Assembly: GCA_965222075.1 (NCBI GenBank)
Contig: OZ244937.1
Coordinates: 4,960,001-5,024,000 of the forward strand
Source: Candidatus Latescibacterota bacterium
GTDB lineage: Bacteria > Latescibacterota > UBA2968 > GCA-2709665
Direction: 5' to 3'
DNA: 64,000 nucleotides
The notes under the pieces were generated by a model. The model was not told the origin of the DNA, searched no databases, and saw nothing but the letters and a program-made list of their open reading frames with translations. Position numbers and translations under genes: made by a program. Of this stretch, positions 40,238 to 49,389 are shown in pieces; positions within the stretch are counted from its first letter, which is position 1; each line of letters begins with the position of its first letter.

Positions 40238-41275
40238 TCACGTTTCCGACAGCGGCCAGGGAGGCAACACCCCCAGCTGGGTGCCAAGCGTCTCCAACTC
40301 CCGGAGGTGGGCTTCCAGCATGGGGATGCCGCTGGCGAGCCTCTCTTCCCGGGCGATCCACTCGGGTTCTCCGGGATAGTAGACGCGGTCTATGCCGGGG
40401 GCGGGTCTGGCGCTGCGGATGCTTTCGATTCGGGCGTCGACTTCGGCTTTGAAGGTCTCCGGGTCGGCGAAGGTGGCGACATTGAGGGCGACGAAGAGGT
40501 GCCCGGAACGGTCGGTGTCGGGGAATCCGGCGCCGGTGAGGATGCCGCCGATGCAGTTCATCACGATTGAGAGGCCCGAGCCTTTGGGGCCCATGGGGAC
40601 CACAATACGGGCCTGAGCCGGGTCGTCGGTGGGCTCTCCCGCTTCGGTGAGGCCCCAGCCAGGGGGGATCTTTTCACCCCGGGCCTGGGCCATGCCGATT
40701 TTTCCGGCGGCGACCACGCCGGTGGCCATGTCCAGGACGATAGGACGCTCTTTTCCGGCCGGGACGGCATAGGCAAGGGGGAAGTTACCCAGGACCGGTT
40801 CGATGCTGCCGAAGGGGGCCATGTTGCCCCGGAGCCTGCGCCCGCCGGTGGTGTTGAAGCCGACCATGCCGGTCTCGGCGGCCATGATCGCATAGTAGGC
40901 CGCAGCGCCGTAGTGGTTGCTGTTGCACACCGCAGCGATGCCGACGCCGGCCCCGGCGGCCTTGTGGATGGCCTGCTGCATGGCGTGGTGCGAAACGACC
41001 TGCCCCAGGCCGTTGTCGCCGTCTATGTGAAGGTAAGCGCCGCCCTCGGCAAGCGTGCGGAGTTTTGCCGTAGGGTTGACTCGACCGTCCAGGATCTGTC
41101 GGGTGTAGCCGACGATGCCCCGGGTGCCGTGGGAGTGGACACCCCGCAGGTCGGCTTCGATCTGGATGCGGGCAGTGATGTCGGCGTCGGCCTCCGGAAC
41201 GCCTGCGGCCCGGAGGATGCGGGCGCAGAAGCTTTTGAGATCGTCGGCGGAGACGGTGCGGGTAGGTGCGGACAT
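40238..41275 (-). CDS. Ldh_2 (malate/L-lactate/ureidoglycolate dehydrogenase) family oxidoreductase
   Basis: ADLRGVHSHG, NSNHYGAA, LDMATG, KGSGL, YPGE. Confidence 0.9.
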   Translation of the reverse strand: MSAPTRTVSADDLKSFCARILRAAGVPEADADITARIQIEADLRGVHSHGTRGIVGYTRQILDGRVNPTAKLRTLAEGGAYLHIDGDNGLGQVVSHHAMQQAIHKAAGAGVGIAAVCNSNHYGAAAYYAIMAAETGMVGFNTTGGRRLRGNMAPFGSIEPVLGNFPLAYAVPAGKERPIVLDMATGVVAAGKIGMAQARGEKIPPGWGLTEAGEPTDDPAQARIVVPMGPKGSGLSIVMNCIGGILTGAGFPDTDRSGHLFVALNVATFADPETFKAEVDARIESIRSARPAPGIDRVYYPGEPEWIAREERLASGIPMLEAHLRELETLGTQLGVLPPWPLSET

Positions 41276-41312
41276 AGATCAGGCAGCTTTTGAGGTATTC
41301 TCTTTAAAACCT

Positions 41313-41375
41313 TTGAACCGCAGAGATGCAGAGATCGCAGAGGCGAGCACTATTCTCTGCGTCCTCTGCGGTGAA
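41313..41375. repeat. CCGCAGAG-family palindromic repeat
   Basis: ttgaaccgcagagatgcagag...ctctgcgtcctctgcggtgaa. Confidence 0.75.
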
Positions 41376-41395
41376 TTTTGAATTTTCAGGACCAT

Positions 41396-42049
41396 CTACA
41401 GCAGATCCGGCAGGTTCGGTTGCGCGGTTTTTCCCCGGTCGAGCCGGATGTAGGCCTCGGCGCGTTCGACGCCGCATTCGCGTCCTCGAATACGGTGCAT
41501 GAGTTCATGGTCCTGCCACACGGCCTCGCCGTCCTGGCTTTTGTGGCATAGCAGAGACCGGTGTTTCTGTTCGGCGACTTCGGAGATGTCCACGTAGTGG
41601 GTGGGATGGAAGTGCATGGATTGTCGGCCGGTCATGACTTCGAAATAGTAAAAGGCGAAGTCCGTCTCGGGGTTGAGGTAGGCGCTTAGCGCGAGCGAGG
41701 CGACGCACCGATGGTCGGGGTGCGTGTCCACGGGCCAGTGGGCGATGAGGATGTCGGGGCGCTCTTCAACCAAGCCTGCGGTGACCCGCGCGATGTTTTC
41801 GGTGGTGACGTTGATGCCACCGTGGGGGTAGTCCCAAACGATCCCCCGGACGCCGAGGACCTCGCAGGCCGCGAGGGCTTCCTCGGTGCGGACCTCTTTT
41901 TCCGGCCGGTGGAAGAATTGCCGGCCCGGCCGGAAGGCGGTGGCGTAGATGAAGACGACTTCGTGACCGGCCTGCACAGAACGAACGGCAAGCCCGCCAC
42001 AGCCGGATTCGGGATCGTCGGGATGCGCGCCGAAGATGATGATTTTCAT
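41396..42049 (-). CDS. PIG-L family deacetylase
   Basis: GAHPDD, HPDH, CHKSQ. Confidence 0.9.
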   Translation of the reverse strand: MKIIIFGAHPDDPESGCGGLAVRSVQAGHEVVFIYATAFRPGRQFFHRPEKEVRTEEALAACEVLGVRGIVWDYPHGGINVTTENIARVTAGLVEERPDILIAHWPVDTHPDHRCVASLALSAYLNPETDFAFYYFEVMTGRQSMHFHPTHYVDISEVAEQKHRSLLCHKSQDGEAVWQDHELMHRIRGRECGVERAEAYIRLDRGKTAQPNLPDLL

Positions 42050-42053
42050 GAAT
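41969..42053 (-). repeat. 85-bp direct repeat, copy 1 (5' end of PIG-L gene); copy 2 at 45008-45092
   Basis: Identical except 2 adjacent nt (agcccgcc vs agcctacc). Confidence 0.92.
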
Positions 42054-42087
42054 TTGGTGGGAATATTTGTTGAGACTGACTAAACCG

Positions 42088-43221
42088 TCAGGTACTACTG
42101 TCAATTTCAGCCGCTCGTCTTAAAGCCAAAAACAACTCTTTTAAGGGTTGACTAACGGCACTGTCAGGCTCTGATAGTAAAAATTCCTGGTACGCATCCA
42201 GGAATGCCGACCGTAACCTGTGAAACAAGTGAAGAAAATGGCGCAAGAAACCTAAACAGTCGAGAATGGTAAATTCGATGCCTTCCGTCTCCTTGTATAA
42301 AGAGGCAGCATATTCAGCAACATCTTTTTTAATTGTTTCTGTAGTTACAAAAATATAGTTATCAACACGTATTCCAGCATTAGCCAGTTTATTTATTGCT
42401 AAATCAATGTCTTCTTTGGTTACCTCTTTGGCCTTCATTTCATAACAGGTGACAACTTGATCGTCATCAACCAGTGTAATCTCAACATCGCCTAAGGCCC
42501 CTGTCTGTTGATCCGCTGCGGTATGTGAATACAAGGGCTTGGGATATTCCCGTAATCTATCTGCTGCTGCCTTATAAGCCGCAGCTACTACCAAGACAGG
42601 AAGCCGACTGGACTTAGGACTCCTGAGATGTTGCTCAACTAAAGAAGCAATATCCTCAGACGATAATGGAATGCTATTTTGAGAAGTCCTCAATTCTTCC
42701 AAAAGCTGCTGCATACGCGTTTCTTGTTCTTGTTTGAAAATAAGAAGCTGGCGTAATGTTTCAGAAAGCAAATCTTGGGGCGTAAACTTGCCTTGGTGCG
42801 TGTCATCCAATAACTGAATTGTATCCGAGTACATTCGTTTGGGCCGTCCACTTATAGCTAAAGGCGGCGCTAACGGAACATTCATAGTCCGGAAACCTGG
42901 AGTCAAAAATGCAGTGGTAGAATTCACTGGCAAACCATATTTTGAGGCAAAAGGCCATATATACGCCTCGTCATAATCATTGCGTCCAGAAAATACATCT
43001 GGACCACCTATTTCTGTATAGGGCTTACGAATATCTACAGAAGGACGGTGAATTTTAGCAAGGGCACAAGTTATCAACATCCGAACGCCGGAACGGTTAG
43101 TCAAACAACGTGCTACGTATCGTACCCGTTCAAGGATTGCTTCATCTTTAATAATCGGCTGATCGAGATTGCTTTGGGCTATCTGGAGAGAATCTTCGAG
43201 TATTTTATCTGGGCTTGGCAT
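42088..43221 (-). CDS. Putative type II restriction endonuclease (SacI-like PD-(D/E)xK)
   Basis: Low GC; overlaps the MTase 3' end; GDVE...YEMK nuclease-like motif. Confidence 0.65.
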   Translation of the reverse strand: MPSPDKILEDSLQIAQSNLDQPIIKDEAILERVRYVARCLTNRSGVRMLITCALAKIHRPSVDIRKPYTEIGGPDVFSGRNDYDEAYIWPFASKYGLPVNSTTAFLTPGFRTMNVPLAPPLAISGRPKRMYSDTIQLLDDTHQGKFTPQDLLSETLRQLLIFKQEQETRMQQLLEELRTSQNSIPLSSEDIASLVEQHLRSPKSSRLPVLVVAAAYKAAADRLREYPKPLYSHTAADQQTGALGDVEITLVDDDQVVTCYEMKAKEVTKEDIDLAINKLANAGIRVDNYIFVTTETIKKDVAEYAASLYKETEGIEFTILDCLGFLRHFLHLFHRLRSAFLDAYQEFLLSEPDSAVSQPLKELFLALRRAAEIDSST

Positions 43222-44078
43222 TCTGTAGACTCTTCTGATTTTTCGGGTTCATATAGGGAATAGTTGACCCAGAGAACTTCAATGCGATGTTGTTTGAGAT
43301 TATCTGGTCGCGTATTCGTTGAATGTGCTTTTTTAGCCGGAGCTTCTATGTAACTCCAGTCACCATAGAGTTCATCCATCAGTTTGCAGTGATATCCAGA
43401 CAGTGCGACCTTACCTTGAACGCTATGCAAAATCTCTGCTAAAGCGCAATGCTCATCGTTAGTCATTTCAAAGGCATAAGCTTTTGTGTCAGACCTTGAT
43501 TCGTGAACATACGGAGGGTCGCAATAGAAAAGAGTTTCTGCGCTATCGTAACGCTTGATTACTTCGTCAGCAGGCGCATTTTCAATTTGGACACGTAGTA
43601 ACCGTTGGGCTATTTCTGCTAAACTTTCAACACTACCAAGCCAACGAGATACTGCGCCAGCCATGCCTGAACGAGTCGTGAGCTTACAATGGGCCCAACG
43701 CCCCTCACTTGCTGTTTGGGCAAGTCCTGTACGAACTTGACGAGCGCGTACAAAAAACCGTCTTGCACGCTCAACATCTGTGATCTTACTATCTGAACCA
43801 TTGACAGCTATTCGAAGTTCTTTTCTGGCGAAGGGAGTTAAGCCAATAGCCTCAAGAAGCTCCTCTTTTTTGTCACGAAGAACCCGAAAGAAATTGACCA
43901 CCTCACCATCGATATCATTGTATGTTTCTACAGGTGAAGGAGTTCGGTTGAGCAGAACGGCAGCAGATCCCCCAAAAGGTTCACAATAATGAATGGTTTC
44001 TGGTAGTAGTGGTAGCAGCCAATCTAAGTGACTGTATTTGCCTCCGTACCAACCGAAAGCAATCTTTTTTGATGCCAT
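43179..44078 (-). CDS. Dam-family (D12 class) N6-adenine DNA methyltransferase
   Basis: WYGGK, EPFGGS, NDID, YCDPPY. Confidence 0.92.
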   Translation of the reverse strand: MASKKIAFGWYGGKYSHLDWLLPLLPETIHYCEPFGGSAAVLLNRTPSPVETYNDIDGEVVNFFRVLRDKKEELLEAIGLTPFARKELRIAVNGSDSKITDVERARRFFVRARQVRTGLAQTASEGRWAHCKLTTRSGMAGAVSRWLGSVESLAEIAQRLLRVQIENAPADEVIKRYDSAETLFYCDPPYVHESRSDTKAYAFEMTNDEHCALAEILHSVQGKVALSGYHCKLMDELYGDWSYIEAPAKKAHSTNTRPDNLKQHRIEVLWVNYSLYEPEKSEESTECQAQIKYSKILSR

Positions 44079-44128
44079 AGCGAACCCTCAATCATATTTA
44101 TGATGTTCAATGCCAGTGTCTTTTAAAT

Positions 44129-44420
44129 GAAGACAGTCTCCCTGATATAGACAGCCCTGTTCTGTTTGATATGCAGGATCATACCCCTTTTGAGCAAGTT
44201 TATTTATGCTTGCTTTGAAAGTGGTTGCCATAGTGTCTGTTCCCTTGCGATGTTTATATCCAAACCAACGGAGCCGTTAAGGGGTTAAAGGAAGTTGTGG
44301 CTGCCGTTTTTGGTTAGCCTTCCTTCCCAGATATTCGGCTATGGCTTCTCGGACGATTTCGGCCTTTGGCTTTCCTTCTTCTTCTGATACATGGTCTAAT
44401 TCTTGCAGTTGCGATAGAGT
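44129..44420 (-). repeat. Exact 292-bp copy of 46653-46944 (RHH 3' part, intergenic, MTase 5' end)
   Basis: Base-by-base comparison showed no differences. Confidence 0.93.
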
Positions 44421-44450
44421 GCTGAAGGGCGCTTTTTGGGGGCGGGCCGG
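44421..44450 (-). repeat. Exact 30-bp copy of mnmA internal sequence 47271-47300
   Basis: gctgaagggcgctttttgggggcgggccgg in both places. Confidence 0.9.
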
Positions 44451-44612
44451 GATCGCGTGGCCCGGGTGGCAGAAGCATTCTTCCCTGGACGACCCATGGG
44501 CATCAGAGGTCCACCGTCGGTTTGTCGCTCAGTGGTGTCATACAATCGACTTTGTTGATCGTATTGTAGGTAAAAATGATCGACAAATCATGTTGTGGCG
44601 AATCCATGAGCA

Positions 44613-44849
44613 TCAAAACACCTCCCGCCCCTCGACGATGTTCAGCAGCGCCGGAAATGCCATGATTCTCGCTCGGCGGCCGCTTGCAGACGCCAATACT
44701 TGCAACACGTCCCCCTTCTGCAAAACCTTGAGAAAACGTCTGGCCGTCGGTGCCGGAATTATTGCCGATTCAACAAAGTTCGAACTGCTGAAAACTGGGC
44801 GCTCGAAGATCCAGTCCAGGGCGCGAATCGCGTATTGGGACCGGGTCAT
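44613..44849 (-). pseudogene. C-terminal fragment of a Fic-family protein
   Basis: ALDWIFERPVF...PAPTARRFL...SGRRARIMAFPALLNIVEG resembles Fic C-terminal HTH tails. Confidence 0.55.
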
Positions 44850-45007
<158 letters not shown>

Positions 45008-45161
45008 GGCCTGCACAGAACGAACGGCAAGCCTACCACAGCCGGATTCGGGATCGTCGGGATGCGCGCCGAAGATGATGATTTTCATGAATCCTGATCC
45101 CTTGTTCCCTTATCTTTAGAAATTTAAAAATATAAAAATTCTTACTGCCTGGGGGGATCCG

Positions 45162-45755
45162 ATGCGTATTGCAAAGATAGAGTATCTTATCAGGTCGGGA
45201 CCTTTTTCAACCTCGCCGGAATGGGATGAAATCCTGGAGGAAATTGAGCAGGCAATCCAGGCAGTTGTATGGCCTCGTGGGAATACGTCTTTTGTGCTTA
45301 ATCCATCCAAGGGGAAGGGAAGAGGAGAAGGGAATGGTGTTAGACCAATTAAAGATGCATGTATGAAAACCCTAAAAGTGCTTGGATGGAATACCAGTGA
45401 AAGAAGAAATCCACTACGCCTGGACGCCACCAGACTGTTAAAAAATGGGAAAATGTTTGGCTTGGAATGGGAGACTGGTAATATCTCATCCAGTCACCGT
45501 GCGATCAATCGTATACTTCTTGGACATATGCAGGATATACTGGTTGGAGGGGTGCTTATCGTTCCCACTCGAGAACTTTATCAATACTTGACAGATAGGG
45601 TTGGTAATCTCCAGGAGTTAGAACCGTACTTTGTCGTATGGCAGTCCTGTCCTCTACAGCATGGTATGCTTTTGATTATCGCAGTTGAACACGATGGAAT
45701 TCAAGAAGGTGTGCCACGCATCCTGAAAGGCACAGATGGCCGAGCGCTCATTTAA
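45162..45755 (+). CDS. BamHI-family type II restriction endonuclease
   Basis: VWP, NGVRPIK, EWETGNISSSHR, YLTDRVGNLQELEPYF, KGTDG match BamHI motifs. Confidence 0.88.
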   Translation: MRIAKIEYLIRSGPFSTSPEWDEILEEIEQAIQAVVWPRGNTSFVLNPSKGKGRGEGNGVRPIKDACMKTLKVLGWNTSERRNPLRLDATRLLKNGKMFGLEWETGNISSSHRAINRILLGHMQDILVGGVLIVPTRELYQYLTDRVGNLQELEPYFVVWQSCPLQHGMLLIIAVEHDGIQEGVPRILKGTDGRALI

Positions 45756-45759
45756 CACA

Positions 45760-46755
45760 TCATTTCACTTTTTGAGCGAGGGTCAGTTCGCTTTGTGCGG
45801 CAGTTCGTGAGCGCGGTTTCTTACCACCGTTTCCACGAGAGGTTTCCCACTCTATGTCTCGTCCTTCCTGATAATCGTTTAACCGCTGAATTGTAGATTG
45901 TACCTCTCCAAGTTCGATCCCCAGCCAGAAGCGCTCCATTTTCTCAGCAGCGTAGAAGGTTGTTCCTGAACCTCCGAAAGGGTCCAGTACCAATTCACCT
46001 TTATTCGTCGTCATAGCAATAATTCGTTCCAGCATGACCGGGGCTAACTCGTTTCGCTTAAGTTCTCTGACTTTATATTTGCTATGGCGTACCGGTGGGA
46101 TATCGTCCCAGAGTTCTTCAGCTTCTGTCCAGCCATCTGAAATTGGATGACCGGCATCTTCCCATACCTCGTCAGACGCTTCGAAAACGTCCATTAAGTT
46201 GATCCCAAGAGGATTGAGCTTTTTGCGGTGCCCGCCGTAATCTCGTATTTCGCCACCACAGTGGCGGCAGGTTGGAATTGGTACATATACTTTGTTGAAA
46301 GTTCTGGGGGCACCCTTGGTATAATATAAAAGACCATAGTGCGCAGGTGACATCTTTTTACCACGGGGATAAGCTTTGGGCATCCGGCAGGCAATCCAAT
46401 GGCGAAAGAGCATGCTCCGCTGGTTCAGGAAGGCTCCGTAGGGAATTAACCATTTAGGAAGGTTAAAGACAAAAAGGGCTCCGCCTGTCACAAGAATACG
46501 TACACATTCATCTAACCATTCGTGCGACCATGCGATGTATTCTTCTTCCTTCAGATTATCGGAGATATTTCGCCCGTAATTTTTACCGAGATTGAATGGT
46601 GGGTCTGCAAAAATGGTGTGAACGGTGTTGTCAGGTACGGCTTTCAACCACCGAAGACAGTCTCCCTGATATAGACAGCCCTGTTCTGTTTGATATGCAG
46701 GATCATACCCCTTTTGAGCAAGTTTATTTATGCTTGCTTTGAAAGTGGTTGCCAT
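45760..46755 (-). CDS. Beta-class N4-C/N6-A DNA methyltransferase (M.BamHI-like)
   Basis: ADPPFNLGKNY precedes DPFGGSGTT; CRHCGGEIRDYGG insert. Confidence 0.9.
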   Translation of the reverse strand: MATTFKASINKLAQKGYDPAYQTEQGCLYQGDCLRWLKAVPDNTVHTIFADPPFNLGKNYGRNISDNLKEEEYIAWSHEWLDECVRILVTGGALFVFNLPKWLIPYGAFLNQRSMLFRHWIACRMPKAYPRGKKMSPAHYGLLYYTKGAPRTFNKVYVPIPTCRHCGGEIRDYGGHRKKLNPLGINLMDVFEASDEVWEDAGHPISDGWTEAEELWDDIPPVRHSKYKVRELKRNELAPVMLERIIAMTTNKGELVLDPFGGSGTTFYAAEKMERFWLGIELGEVQSTIQRLNDYQEGRDIEWETSRGNGGKKPRSRTAAQSELTLAQKVK

Positions 46756-46800
46756 AGTGTCTGTTCCCTTGCGATGTTTATATCCAAACCAACGGAGCCG

Positions 46801-46992
46801 TTAAGGGGTTAAAGGAAGTTGTGGCTGCCGTTTTTGGTTAGCCTTCCTTCCCAGATATTCGGCTATGGCTTCTCGGACGATTTCGGCCTTTGGCTTTCCT
46901 TCTTCTTCTGATACATGGTCTAATTCTTGCAGTTGCGATAGAGTTAGGTAGCAGTTAAACGGAATCTTACGTTCAGATGTTCTACGATACAT
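46801..46992 (-). CDS. Ribbon-helix-helix (CopG-like) DNA-binding protein
   Basis: 63 aa: FNCYLT strand, LQELDHVSEEEG, KAEIVREAIAEYL; SD gggggtg. Confidence 0.75.
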   Translation of the reverse strand: MYRRTSERKIPFNCYLTLSQLQELDHVSEEEGKPKAEIVREAIAEYLGRKANQKRQPQLPLTP

Positions 46993-47035
46993 AAGATCAC
47001 CCCCTTCAAATTTTGTATCCATTTGAGCAGGTAGA

Positions 47036-47064
47036 AAGATAGTATATATGTTGCAATATGTCAA
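47036..47064 (-). promoter_or_regulatory. sigma70-type promoter for the RHH-MTase unit
   Basis: TTGACA, 17-nt spacer, TATCTT on minus strand; TTGCAA dyad in spacer. Confidence 0.6.
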
Positions 47065-47106
47065 GGTTGAATTTGAAGGCTTTGAAAATGGTGGGAGATG
47101 AGGGCC

Positions 47107-48159
47107 TCATTCAATAACGCCGCCGCCCAGGCAGATCCGGCCGTCGTAAAATACGGCGTGCTGGCCCGGGGCGATTCCGGGGTCTTTGGTGGATATTTTG
47201 ACGGAGAGGCGGGTTTCGCCGATAGGTTCGATCTGACAGGGGGTCAGTTCGGGGCCGTGACGGAGCTTGAGCTGAAGGGCGCTTTTTGGGGGCGGGCCGG
47301 AGATCCAGTTGAGGTCGGCGACGGTGAATTGGTCTCTGGCCTGCCGATTTCTGTGGGTTTTGTGGGCGACGTAGACGATGTTTTTTTCGATGTCTTTTTT
47401 GACGACGTACCAGGGGCCGCCGCTTAAACCCAGTCCCCCGCGCTGGCCGATGGTGTAGAACCAGAATCCGCGATGGCGGCCCAGGACGCGGCCCGAGTCG
47501 CGTTCGATGATGTTTCCCGGCCTTTCGCTGAGATGGAATTTGACGAAGTCGGGATATTTTATTTTTCCCAAGAAACAGATCCCCTGGCTGTCTTTGCGGT
47601 CTTTGTTGGGGAGGTCGAATTCCCGGGCGAGTGAACGGACTTCTGTTTTGTTCAGGTGCCCGATGGGGAAGAGGGCTTGCTTTAACTGGGCCTGGGTTAA
47701 ACCCGATAAGAAGTAGGTCTGGTCTTTTACCGGATCGGGAGACCTTTTGAGTACAAACTTTCCACCTGTTTCCTCAGTTTGAGCATAGTGGCCGGAGGCG
47801 ACTTTGTCGTAACGCTCATCGATACGGGCAACAAATTCGCCGAATTTGATCTGCCGGTTGCAGAGGATGTCGGGACTGGGGGTGTGCCCGATCTTCAGCT
47901 CGGCCAGGGAATGGGTGACAACTTTTTCGAGGTATTCGGCCTGAAGCGCAACGAGTTGGAGCGGGACACCGGCCTTTTCACAAACAGCGCGGGCGTAGTG
48001 GAGGTCCCTTTCCCAGGGGCAGTCACCGAGGAAGGCCAGGTCGTCTTCCAACCAGACTTTCAGATAAAAGGCGGCGATGTCGTGGCGGCCTTCGTTTACC
48101 AGCAGGTTGAGGGCGACGGAGCTGTCGACCCCGCCCGAGAGCAGAACGGCAATTTTCAT
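47107..48159 (-). CDS. mnmA: tRNA 2-thiouridine(34) synthase
   Basis: SGGVDSS, TPSPDILCN, SGHYA, KDQTYFL, DSQGICF, YTIGQR, PGQ. Confidence 0.96.
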   Translation of the reverse strand: MKIAVLLSGGVDSSVALNLLVNEGRHDIAAFYLKVWLEDDLAFLGDCPWERDLHYARAVCEKAGVPLQLVALQAEYLEKVVTHSLAELKIGHTPSPDILCNRQIKFGEFVARIDERYDKVASGHYAQTEETGGKFVLKRSPDPVKDQTYFLSGLTQAQLKQALFPIGHLNKTEVRSLAREFDLPNKDRKDSQGICFLGKIKYPDFVKFHLSERPGNIIERDSGRVLGRHRGFWFYTIGQRGGLGLSGGPWYVVKKDIEKNIVYVAHKTHRNRQARDQFTVADLNWISGPPPKSALQLKLRHGPELTPCQIEPIGETRLSVKISTKDPGIAPGQHAVFYDGRICLGGGVIE

Positions 48160-48198
48160 GGGATGCGCTCCTTAGAAGAGGTAGAGGGCGGGCGGTGC

Positions 48199-49389
48199 CT
48201 ATTGGCTGTTCAAGGAGGGCAGCGGCTTGAGGGACGCGCCGGTGGGGCGCCTGCCGGTGGGCTGCCAGGGGATCTGCTCAGGGGCGCGGTAGGTGACGTC
48301 GAGGTGCGGGGTTTCAAGGCGGGTATGGCCGCGGTAGCGGGAGTCTAAGGCGGCTTCGAGGATGCCCGAGGTGAGCAGTGTGCGTTCGACCGGATAGGTC
48401 GGCCTGCGGGTGAGGAACATCTCTTCGATGTTCAGGCTGAGGTAGCTGAAGTGGGCGTGAGGCGGTTCGTGCTGCACGTAGAATTCGGTGGCGCAGGTCT
48501 TGCCGCCGATGCGGGCGGCGTAGGCCAGGTCGGTGACGTAGCCGTTGAGCATCAAGACCCCACCCCGGAAGCCGTCGCGGTATTCTACGAGGAAGAGGGC
48601 GGGGTTTTTGCAGTGTTCTTCCATGCCCCCGGGGGGTTTGTTTTCAATGGCGCCGCAGGCGGCCTCGGCCAGGTCGCGGGACCAGAGGCCGGTTTTCGCG
48701 GCCTCCCACACGGCGCGGCCTTCCAGGCAGGTAACGGCGGCGACGCCGGTTTCACCGCCGCGGCGGCGTTCGACCATGCACTGGAGCACCTCCAGGGTGT
48801 GGAAGCCGTAGATGTCCAGGCCCGAAAAGCCGATGGCAATCGCACTTTCGATGGGGGTCTCCAATCCGTGTTCCAGCCAGGGGTTGCGCCATCTGAGCGG
48901 GAGGGAAGAGCCGGCCATGAAGGGGGCGCCGAGTTGCGCCGCGCGGTTGACCATCCACTTAGCGTCGTGCCAGTTGTAGGAGAGGTGTTTGTCGTTGAAG
49001 ACGGGGATGGCCCGGCCGCTGGTGGAGAAGACGCCGCAGATCTGTTCCATAAAGTACTTGCGCGGGAAGAGGTGCTGCTCCTTCTCATTCCAGGCATAGT
49101 CGCCGTGTTCTCCGATGAGGAGCACGCCGTCTATGGCCAGGTCTCTGCCGCCGAGGGTGAGGGCTTTGACGATACTGGGATAGATCGGCACGCCATGTTC
49201 GGCGGCGATGGCCCGGCCGATGTCGTTTTCGGGGAACTGGTCGATGTAGATTGAGGCGATGTCGACACGCGGCGAGAGGAATCCGCCGTCTGTGGGAAAG
49301 CCTTTGAGGAATTTGGTGACGATGACGTCCGCATGCGAGCGGGGACGGTATTCGGTGATGACTGCGGCGATCTTTTTGCGTTTAGACAT
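48199..49389 (-). CDS. Conserved hypothetical oxidoreductase-like protein
   Basis: 396-aa ORF with SHADVI, DGVLLIGEHGDY, NDKHLS, MAGSSLP, YGFHTLE. Confidence 0.7.
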   Translation of the reverse strand: MSKRKKIAAVITEYRPRSHADVIVTKFLKGFPTDGGFLSPRVDIASIYIDQFPENDIGRAIAAEHGVPIYPSIVKALTLGGRDLAIDGVLLIGEHGDYAWNEKEQHLFPRKYFMEQICGVFSTSGRAIPVFNDKHLSYNWHDAKWMVNRAAQLGAPFMAGSSLPLRWRNPWLEHGLETPIESAIAIGFSGLDIYGFHTLEVLQCMVERRRGGETGVAAVTCLEGRAVWEAAKTGLWSRDLAEAACGAIENKPPGGMEEHCKNPALFLVEYRDGFRGGVLMLNGYVTDLAYAARIGGKTCATEFYVQHEPPHAHFSYLSLNIEEMFLTRRPTYPVERTLLTSGILEAALDSRYRGHTRLETPHLDVTYRAPEQIPWQPTGRRPTGASLKPLPSLNSQ

